This document shows positions 17,044 through 24,000 of a stretch of DNA of 24,000 nt, one piece after another. Under the pieces are notes generated by a model that was given only the letters and a program-made list of their open reading frames with translations, was not told the origin of the DNA and did no database searches. A program made the position numbers and the translations under genes. The stretch spans positions 999,471 through 1,023,470 of the forward strand of contig CAXXXD010000003.1 in assembly GCA_963663385.2 (NCBI GenBank), in the 5' to 3' direction. How positions within the stretch are numbered: the first letter of the stretch is position 1; the number at the start of each line of letters is the position of its first letter. This DNA comes from Oceanispirochaeta sp. (GTDB lineage Bacteria; Spirochaetota; Spirochaetia; DSM-2461).

Positions 17044-17627
17044 ACAAGGTGGATTATGCCTCCGGGAAAGAATCCATTTACGGCCCTGATGAAGTGGAAT
17101 GCGGTGATGCGGTTCTCATCCTTCCGGATGAGGAATCTGTGTTTTTAGCCCTGATCGACGCTTTGGGGCACGGAGCAAAGGCTTATGAAGCAGCATGCCT
17201 GGCCGTCAGTTTTTTAGAACAGCACTATAAAGAGCCGCTCCCTGAACTGATGAAACAGCTTCATATCCATCTGCAGGGGTCCAGAGGTGTTGTCGCCGGT
17301 CTGTGCAGGATTCATGTTGCCGAGGGATACCTTGATTATGTAGGAGTGGGGAATATCAGCACAAGAATTTATGGTGAGGAGAAACAGTTTCTTCTTTCAA
17401 AGGATGGTGTCGTTGGTTTTTCCATGACCGAGCCGCATGAAATTCAGGTTGTTCTCAGGGAAAATGATCTGCTTATTCTTACGTCGGACGGGATTAAGGA
17501 TCTTTTTCCCCTGGAAGAATATCCGGATATTCTGCGGGGAAAATCGGAGAATGTTGTTCAATTCATAATGAAGCAATTCCGCAAGTTTGATGATGCTTCC
17601 TGTATTGTTTTGAGGTATAAAAAATGA
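17025..17627 (+). CDS. RsbX-like PP2C/SpoIIE-family phosphatase
   Basis: ECGDAVLI, IDALGHGAKA, LTSDGI and DDASCIVL motifs. The start is GTG 17025 or TTG 17040, which overlaps the upstream TGA. Confidence 0.8.
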   Translation: MERFQLNKVDYASGKESIYGPDEVECGDAVLILPDEESVFLALIDALGHGAKAYEAACLAVSFLEQHYKEPLPELMKQLHIHLQGSRGVVAGLCRIHVAEGYLDYVGVGNISTRIYGEEKQFLLSKDGVVGFSMTEPHEIQVVLRENDLLILTSDGIKDLFPLEEYPDILRGKSENVVQFIMKQFRKFDDASCIVLRYKK

Positions 17628-20600
17628 AAACGGAACTGGTAACCTTTGCTCCTGCCAACATGATTCCCATGAGTCTCCTGCGGCGGAAGATACTTCACCT
17701 TTGCCAGGATCTGGGATTTTCGCAAATTCAGGCGGTTCGAATCACTACTGTATTCTCGGAACTGGCTGAACAGGATTCACAGTACTATCTTTCCCGTAGA
17801 ATCACCCTTTCTCTCAAAAGGAAATCCATCCAGAATGACCTGTCACCTGCCCTTGTATTCTCTATAAAAAAATCAAGCCTGGATTTTCCGGATTCTATAG
17901 CTTCTCATTTTTTTAATGAATTCACTGTAAAGGAAACAGGGCCGGGGCTCTTTATGATAGAAGCTGTGAAGTACTTTCCTTCGGAGGTTTCCTATCCGGA
18001 CGAAAAGAGTATCAGCAGGTGGCGAAAAGCTCTTTCTGAACCGACAAAAGATGCCCTGTTCAAAGAGCTGGAGTTGAATAACCGTAAACTGGAAAAACAG
18101 GCAGATGAACTGATTTATGCAAAAAACAATGCCGAGAAAACAGCGGATGAACTGAAAATCCGTATTGATGATCTGGCCAAGGCCCGTACAGCCATGCTGA
18201 ATGTTATGGAAGATCTCGATTTAAGCAAAGCCAGTATGCAGGCTCTTATCGATTCCCTGCCGGATGTTACCATTATTTATGATGAAAACGGTTACTATCG
18301 TAATATATACCTTAGCAGAGATGAAAACTCACAAAATAACCAGTTAAACGGTATAACCGATATCAACGAGTTAATAGGAAAAAGTATCCGAGATGTGATG
18401 ACCGGGGAAACGGCCGATCTGATTCAGGCTTCCATCACCAGGGCTATAGAGGAGAAGAAAACCGTTCAAATGGAGTATTCCCTGGATACAGATTCAGGGA
18501 TTATCTGGTATGACGGGAGATTCTCCTCCATGAATACCCTGGATGCCGGTCTGGGACTGGTCGTCTGTGTTGTCAGGGACATTACAACTCTTAAAAAACT
18601 GACCAGTGATCTGGAGAATGCCAAAGAAGAAGCCATTGCCGCCACCAAAGCGAAAGGGGATTTCCTTGCGAATATGAGCCATGAAATCCGAACCCCCATG
18701 AATGCCATAATCGGCTTGAACAGTCTGCTGATTAAAACGGATATGACCCCAAAACAACAGGACTATACAGAGAAAATCGGAAAATCCGCCAGGAGCCTTT
18801 TGGGGATTATCAACGATATCCTGGATTTTTCCAAAATCGAAGCAGGGAAGATGGATATAGAAAAAACAAATTTCCTGTTAAGCGATGTTCTGGAAAATCT
18901 TCTGAATATTATTGGCGACAGGGTCCGGGATAACGGATCGGAGCTTATATTTAAACAGGATCTGACCATACCGAACAATTTGATCGGAGACCCTCTCCGT
19001 CTGGGACAGATTCTGCTGAATCTGACCAACAATGCTGTGAAATTCACCGAAAAGGGCGAGATTGTTGTTTCTACAAAACTGGAAAAAAAAGTAGATAATT
19101 CGGTCTATATCAAATTCAGTGTAAGCGACACTGGTATAGGGTTAACCGAAGAACAGCAGAATAAACTGTTTAAATCGTTTTCACAGGCAGACACTTCAAC
19201 CACCAGAAAATACGGAGGTACAGGACTAGGTCTGGCTATCAGTAAAAAGCTTTCCGAGTTGATGGAAGGCAGTATCGGGGTGAAAAGTAAATCCGGGAAG
19301 GGGAGTACTTTTTATTTCACAGTCAGGATGGGGGTTGGTGAAGAAAAGACCCGGAGGACTGTTCCCCGGGATCTGAACGGTCTGCATGTTCTCGTGGTGG
19401 ACGATAACGAAACAGCCCGGGAAGTGATTACTTCCTATCTGGAGGACTTCTGCCTCTCCGTGACAGAAGTATCCGGAGGGAAACTTGCCCTAAGGGAGCT
19501 GAATCAGGCCAAAGCGGCAGAAAACAGGGATTACGACCTGGTCCTGATGGACTATCAGATGCCCGATCTTAATGGTATTGAAACTTCCAGGCAGATCCGG
19601 GAGGGGCTTGAGAATATCAGGCAGCCAAAAATTATAATGATTACAGGATTCGGCCGGGAAGAGGTAATGAAACAGGCCGCCGGAATGGGCCTGGACGGGT
19701 TTCTGATAAAACCTGTCAGCCCTTCCATTCTGTTCGATACGATTATGGAAGTTTTTGGAAAGGGTCATGGTATGTCCGTAAGGAAAAAGAGGGCCGAAGA
19801 CTCCAGGCCGGAAAACTTCCGTCTGATTCAGGGGGCCCGGATCCTTCTGGCAGAGGATAATCCTATCAATCAGCAGGTGGCTCTGGAAACAATGGAACAG
19901 GAGGGGTTCCGTATCGATATTGTTAATAACGGTAAAGAGGCTGTAGACAGAATCAGCCTGGATTATGATTGTGTCCTTATGGATCTACAGATGCCGGTTA
20001 TGGATGGTTATCAGGCTACGTCGGAGATACGAAAGAATCCCGAATACGCGGATATGCCCATTATCGCCATGACCGCGGATGCCATGGTGGGTGTTAAGGA
20101 ACGTGTTATCAGTGAAGGGCTGAACGATTATATTACCAAGCCCTTTGATCCTGCCATGTTGTGGGAAACTCTGATGAACTGGATCAAACCGGGGAACCGC
20201 CCTCTGCCCGAGAATTATAGGACTGCCTCTGAAAAAGGCAATCATGATGGACCGGATATTCCTCCCATAAAAGGAGTTGATCTGGCTGACGGCCTCAAGC
20301 GGGTAGGAGGCAATAAAAGGCTGTACAGGGATCTGCTTGTTCAGTTTGCCAGGGATAACGGTTCGGTTACGAATGAGATACAGGATTGTTTGTCCAGAAA
20401 TGATATCAGGAGTGCGGAGAGACTGGCTCATACCATTAAAAGTGTAGCGGGAAATATCGGCGCTCATTCTCTGCAGAATAAGGCTGAAAGTCTGGAATGC
20501 GAACTGAAAAAATGGACGAGTCATCTTGAACCTGAAATTCTGAATGATTTTGATTTCCATCTGCATAAAGTGACTGAAGCCATAACGCAGGCCTGTCCGG

Positions 20601-20860
20601 GTGAGGATGAACAGGATATTGTTGAGGTAGAGGTGGTTTCTGATGATGTTCTGAAACCTCTACTGGACACTTTGGGGCCTTTTCTTAAAAAGAAAATGGC
20701 TGTTAAATGCAAGGCTGTTCTTAGGGAGATTGAACAGTATCGATACTCAGCGGACAGACAGAATTCCATAGAAGAGCTTTCCTCCATGATCAGGAGGTAC
20801 AACTACCACGATGCGGAAGACCTGCTCCATAATCTGATGGATGAGATAGACTGTTCCTGA
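17624..20860 (+). CDS. Hybrid sensor histidine kinase: degenerate RsbT-like N-domain - coiled coil - PAS - HisKA - HATPase_c - REC - REC - HPt - C-terminal helical extension
   Basis: ATGA overlap with the upstream stop. H box ANMSHEIRTPMN (His codon 18680-18682), N/G boxes (LLNLTNNAVKFT, DTGIG, GGTGLGL), REC Asp codons 19550-19552 and 19982-19984, HPt HTIKSVAGNIGA (His codon 20429-20431). Confidence 0.93.
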   Translation: MKTELVTFAPANMIPMSLLRRKILHLCQDLGFSQIQAVRITTVFSELAEQDSQYYLSRRITLSLKRKSIQNDLSPALVFSIKKSSLDFPDSIASHFFNEFTVKETGPGLFMIEAVKYFPSEVSYPDEKSISRWRKALSEPTKDALFKELELNNRKLEKQADELIYAKNNAEKTADELKIRIDDLAKARTAMLNVMEDLDLSKASMQALIDSLPDVTIIYDENGYYRNIYLSRDENSQNNQLNGITDINELIGKSIRDVMTGETADLIQASITRAIEEKKTVQMEYSLDTDSGIIWYDGRFSSMNTLDAGLGLVVCVVRDITTLKKLTSDLENAKEEAIAATKAKGDFLANMSHEIRTPMNAIIGLNSLLIKTDMTPKQQDYTEKIGKSARSLLGIINDILDFSKIEAGKMDIEKTNFLLSDVLENLLNIIGDRVRDNGSELIFKQDLTIPNNLIGDPLRLGQILLNLTNNAVKFTEKGEIVVSTKLEKKVDNSVYIKFSVSDTGIGLTEEQQNKLFKSFSQADTSTTRKYGGTGLGLAISKKLSELMEGSIGVKSKSGKGSTFYFTVRMGVGEEKTRRTVPRDLNGLHVLVVDDNETAREVITSYLEDFCLSVTEVSGGKLALRELNQAKAAENRDYDLVLMDYQMPDLNGIETSRQIREGLENIRQPKIIMITGFGREEVMKQAAGMGLDGFLIKPVSPSILFDTIMEVFGKGHGMSVRKKRAEDSRPENFRLIQGARILLAEDNPINQQVALETMEQEGFRIDIVNNGKEAVDRISLDYDCVLMDLQMPVMDGYQATSEIRKNPEYADMPIIAMTADAMVGVKERVISEGLNDYITKPFDPAMLWETLMNWIKPGNRPLPENYRTASEKGNHDGPDIPPIKGVDLADGLKRVGGNKRLYRDLLVQFARDNGSVTNEIQDCLSRNDIRSAERLAHTIKSVAGNIGAHSLQNKAESLECELKKWTSHLEPEILNDFDFHLHKVTEAITQACPGEDEQDIVEVEVVSDDVLKPLLDTLGPFLKKKMAVKCKAVLREIEQYRYSADRQNSIEELSSMIRRYNYHDAEDLLHNLMDEIDCS

Positions 20861-21138
20861 ATCGTTCGGGAAATAAATCCGATACCCTGGAAAAAACAGG
20901 GCTTTATGCCTCTTTACTAACTAATTCAACAATGCGCTGGCTGGCAAATCTTTTTGCCTGGTCACCCACTTTTGCCTTACTGATTCTTTTTAAAAAATAA
21001 GACCTGATATGTCATTGAAGGATTTTAAATAGCGGAATTACAATCAGTGCAGCGAAGCAGGCCCTCCGGGAAGGATCAGTATTTGCTCAACTCTAAAGAA
21101 CCTTTCCTTATAAAGGTATGACCTGTTACATCCCAAGA

Positions 21139-21167
21139 TTGACCACCACTGTTCATATCTTTATATT
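21139..21167 (+). promoter_or_regulatory. Sigma-70-like promoter for the OMP/S41 pair
   Basis: TTGACC (21139-21144), 17 nt, then TATATT (21162-21167). The ATG is at 21177, only 9 nt after the -10. Confidence 0.45.
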
Positions 21168-21176
21168 TCTCCCCAC

Positions 21177-21983
21177 ATGAAAAATACCTGCAAACCATTT
21201 ATATTGTTTCTGTTTCTGCTGATACTCCCCCTTTGTATTCTGGCACCCCTGTTTGGCGGAGAGCAGAAAAAAGCCCCTGTCCACGGGCTCAGCTTAACAA
21301 CGGCTTTTCTCAACCCCAACTTCTCGGACCCTTTGGTCACACCCTTTCATACCCACGGTATGGGAGCCGGACTGGAACTGGCCTACACCCTGAGAATGTC
21401 CTCCTTTGCCCTGGATACAGGCTTTGCAGGAGGGGGAGGGCGGCTCTACAGCGGCAACTCCAACTTCTACGATCATGACGACTCCTTCGGCACGGCCTCC
21501 TTTTATATCAACACAGCCTGGCGGCGGTCAGTGATTGTGGAGAAAGCCTTCCTGCTGGCAGGACTGCGGACGGAATATCAGGGAGAAGTCTACCTTATCA
21601 GCCATATTGATTCGTATAACTGGAACGGGGACCTCTCATTTATGCCCTTTGCAGGCCTGGAGTACAATTTTTCCCGGAGCAGGCTCACCAGCTCCCTGGC
21701 GTTTTCGCTCTTCAGCCTGGTCAACCGTCCCCCCTGGACCATCTACGACGATGACCTGGATGCCCGGATGAGTGAGTCCCCCCTGTCCGTGCTCTTCAGA
21801 GGAGACTCCTCCGGTATTGATAAATACTTCAGAATGGTCTATGACCTCCACTGGGAGACAGAACTGTCCCGTCATTTTATCCTTATAAGCGGCGGATCCT
21901 TTCAATACATCAGAACCACCTTACCCCAGGAGGCAAAGTTTCTGACCGCCTCCGCAGACCTGGGAGTACGCTATGTTTTCTAA
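21177..21983 (+). CDS. Outer-membrane beta-barrel protein (unknown family)
   Basis: Signal peptide MKNTCKPFILFLFLLILPLCILAPLFG, alternating beta-strand pattern, and a C-terminal OMP-type ending GVRYVF. Confidence 0.7.
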   Translation: MKNTCKPFILFLFLLILPLCILAPLFGGEQKKAPVHGLSLTTAFLNPNFSDPLVTPFHTHGMGAGLELAYTLRMSSFALDTGFAGGGGRLYSGNSNFYDHDDSFGTASFYINTAWRRSVIVEKAFLLAGLRTEYQGEVYLISHIDSYNWNGDLSFMPFAGLEYNFSRSRLTSSLAFSLFSLVNRPPWTIYDDDLDARMSESPLSVLFRGDSSGIDKYFRMVYDLHWETELSRHFILISGGSFQYIRTTLPQEAKFLTASADLGVRYVF

Positions 21984-23004
21984 GTATGTAAAATTCCTTC
22001 TCCTTCCCCTGTGCTTCCTCCTGGCGGGCAGCTGCTCTCTGGTGCTGGGACCCGAAACGGGATCGGACAACGGATCGGTTTTCGATTATTTCTGGGACAC
22101 CTTCGACAAACAGTACTCCCTGTTCGAGCAGAAGGGGATCGACTGGGATGCTCAGAGAGAAACCTACCGGGATCAGGCCGTGTCTGCCCCCACAGAGGAT
22201 GCCCTGTTTGATGTCCTTGCGGAGATGATCGAACCAATGGACGATGCCCATGTCTGGCTTTCCGGTACAGGCGGGTATCCCTACTGCGATACCTGGGAAG
22301 AGCCGGGGATTCCCTCCCTCTGGTACAGCTTCTCCCTCTACGGTGTCCGGGAGTATACCGGGCCCCTCAGCCAGACCGCCGGGGATCTTGTCTCCTACGG
22401 TATACTCGCAGAGCGGAACATCGGCTATATCCATATCTCTTCCATGGCCGCCGATCTGGGGGGGATGACCACTCTGGAATCCTGGGTAGACGATGTCGAC
22501 AGGGTTATTGACCAGTACATGGATACGGATGCCCTGATTATAGATATCCGGAATAATACCGGCGGCTACAGCGCCAATGCCCGGCACATCGCCTCCCGCT
22601 TTGTCTCTCACAAAAGTCTCTACCTGAAAACCAGAACGAGAGTCGGTCCCGACCATAATGATTTCGGTACCGTCACCGATCACTACATCGAACCTCGGGG
22701 GCAGATTTACACTAAACCGGTTTACCTGGTGACCGATCCCCGGACCGTCAGTGCCGCCGAGTGGTTTACCCTGATGATGAGGAAAAGTGACAATGTGACC
22801 CATATCGGCTGGCGGACTACAGGCGCCACGGGAATGGTCTCCTTTCATGAACTTCCCAACGGCTGGGAGTTTTCCACCACTATTGGTTACACCACCGATG
22901 AAGAGGGCCGATGCTACGAAGGAACGGGTATTCAGCCGGAAATCGTCATTCCCTATGATCCCTCCGAAGCGGACAGTGTCCTGGCGTGGATTATGAATCA
23001 GTAG
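21973..23004 (+). CDS. S41-family serine peptidase, probable lipoprotein
   Basis: Signal plus lipobox-like LLAGSC. S41 motifs IIDIRNNTGGY and VYLVTDPRTVSAAEWF. Overlaps the upstream OMP gene by 11 nt. Confidence 0.8.
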   Translation: MFSKYVKFLLLPLCFLLAGSCSLVLGPETGSDNGSVFDYFWDTFDKQYSLFEQKGIDWDAQRETYRDQAVSAPTEDALFDVLAEMIEPMDDAHVWLSGTGGYPYCDTWEEPGIPSLWYSFSLYGVREYTGPLSQTAGDLVSYGILAERNIGYIHISSMAADLGGMTTLESWVDDVDRVIDQYMDTDALIIDIRNNTGGYSANARHIASRFVSHKSLYLKTRTRVGPDHNDFGTVTDHYIEPRGQIYTKPVYLVTDPRTVSAAEWFTLMMRKSDNVTHIGWRTTGATGMVSFHELPNGWEFSTTIGYTTDEEGRCYEGTGIQPEIVIPYDPSEADSVLAWIMNQ

Positions 23005-23148
23005 AAGATAATGAACAGTTCTCCCGGCTAAAAAATCTGCAGGATTCGGTATTTATGCCAGCAGTACCCTGGAATCATCCTTTAATGTTGTAATCTCCGA
23101 TTTCAGGCTGGAATCCTGTCTCTGGAAGGTACATGCATAAACCGGTCT

Positions 23149-24000
23149 TCAGTAGGCAACTGTGACAGCGAAGGAGAGGTAATATATCGTCTCTTCCGCC
23201 AGCAGCAGTGTCTCCCTGTAGTCCAGAGAGAGGTGATCATTCAGTATAAAGGTCCCTTTGCAGAACAGGATGTTCGTATATTCATACTCCCGCTCCGGTT
23301 CATCCTTATAGTTCTCAATTATTTCCACACCGACCAGATGGCTCTCCGGATTGGTCTTCCAGAACTCCCATCCGCCGGAAAGGTTCCACTTTTCACGGTA
23401 ATAATCCATCCGGAAGGTAAGGTAGAGGGCATCCGAACCCAGAAACATCCCGGTGGGTGTATCAATATACTCGTTGCTCTCCAGACTGGTGGAATACAGC
23501 TTTCTACGGGAGTAAAAACTGGTGTAGGGATGCCACCTCTCGTAGGTATAGGGACCGGTTATCCCAAATTCCATATTGGAAACAATACTGGCCTCTTTAG
23601 ACGGGAGCTGATACTGTACTCCACCCAAACCTCCCAGTGATGTGGGGACGGTATAGCTGTCTTCAAAAGTGTTTCTGATATCGTCTATCATAAACTCCCC
23701 GTATATCCCCAGACCGGGCAGGATGGTCCACCAGGCATCAAATCCTATCATCACATTGCTGTAGTTTTCTCCATAGACATTATGGTAGAACATGGTGGGG
23801 GGGATATCCTCAAAGTTCGGAAAACGGCCTCCCACTACAAGGATATCTGTAAAACCGAGAATCAGACTGTCCGCAAGTCTGAACTCGTACCGGTGTCCTG
23901 TCAGGAACTTGGACTGCTGGTCCATCTCCTTGTCAAAGTGTCCTTCGGGTGTCAGGTCATTCTCCAGGGCTTCGGCGATAACCCTCTTCTCCCACTTCTT
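23149..24000 (-). CDS. Outer-membrane beta-barrel-like protein, 5' end outside window
   Basis: The minus-strand frame stays open beyond the tracked Met at 23925 to base 24000 (KKWEKRVIAEALENDLTPEGHFDKE-MDQQ...). Aromatic/Gly-rich strand pattern and an aromatic C-terminus (AVTVAY). Confidence 0.6.
   Translation of the reverse strand, partial: KKWEKRVIAEALENDLTPEGHFDKEMDQQSKFLTGHRYEFRLADSLILGFTDILVVGGRFPNFEDIPPTMFYHNVYGENYSNVMIGFDAWWTILPGLGIYGEFMIDDIRNTFEDSYTVPTSLGGLGGVQYQLPSKEASIVSNMEFGITGPYTYERWHPYTSFYSRRKLYSTSLESNEYIDTPTGMFLGSDALYLTFRMDYYREKWNLSGGWEFWKTNPESHLVGVEIIENYKDEPEREYEYTNILFCKGTFILNDHLSLDYRETLLLAEETIYYLSFAVTVAY

Noticed and set aside
14769-20566. Minus-strand ORFs 14769-15359, 15971-16501 and 19985-20566, plus small + strand ORFs inside the sensor operon
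   Set aside because: They are antisense or out-of-frame shadows of well-supported signalling genes. Their composition is Ile/Phe/Asn-rich, as expected from AT-rich antisense.
13221-20860. Sigma-B-type regulon switch (RsbU/RsbV/RsbW/SigB)
   Set aside because: No sigma factor, RsbV/RsbW pair or RsbU-like gene follows the RsbRST-like genes in this window. The output is a hybrid kinase instead.
20885-20914. Terminator after the hybrid kinase (CCCTG-gaaaaaa-CAGGG followed by CTTTATGCCTCTTT)
   Set aside because: The stem is only 5 bp and the T tract is interrupted, which is too weak to call. The nearby GGCAAA-tctt-TTTGCC hairpin (20943-20958) is equally weak.
21910-22848. 312-aa minus-strand ORF
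   Set aside because: It is a Gly/Pro/Arg-rich low-complexity shadow of the GC-rich S41 peptidase gene, which has clear family motifs and a lipoprotein signal on the + strand.

Overview
Chromosomal-looking window from a diderm bacterium. The taxon cannot be set by eye, and no transposase, integrase, phage gene or CRISPR array is visible. Layout: (1) 1-2865, small genes on the + strand: an AraC/GyrI-like regulator tail, a TrmO/TsaA-like protein, a PNPOx-family flavoprotein and a MalY/PatB-type PLP lyase. (2) 3160-5937, one 925-aa secreted protein combining an HExxH motif, a TolB-like propeller and a barrel-like C-terminus. (3) 5938-6700, a repeat-dense non-coding gap. It holds two 78-nt direct repeats, several perfect hairpins and two identical tandem tRNA-Gly(UCC) genes on the - strand with their own promoter and terminator. 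(4) 6721-12406, a tight purB-guaB-purA-guaA operon ending in a clear intrinsic terminator. (5) 13221-20860, the most interesting part: a six-gene, translationally coupled signalling operon. It encodes a membrane Cache-HAMP-PAS-PAS sensor with no output domain, then RsbR-like (PAS+STAS), RsbS-like (STAS), an RsbT-like Ser kinase, an RsbX-like PP2C phosphatase, and a 1078-aa hybrid histidine kinase (HisKA-HATPase-REC-REC-HPt). The kinase's N-terminus looks like a degenerate copy of the RsbT-like protein. This is a stressosome-type module wired to a phosphorelay rather than to RsbU/sigma-B. It also has unusual details: Cys-rich PAS domains and Arg at the canonical RsbS phospho-Ser position. (6) 21177-24000, a visibly GC-richer pair (beta-barrel OMP plus S41-peptidase lipoprotein) and a convergent partial OMP-like gene. 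All functional calls come from motif recognition by eye; no database search was run.
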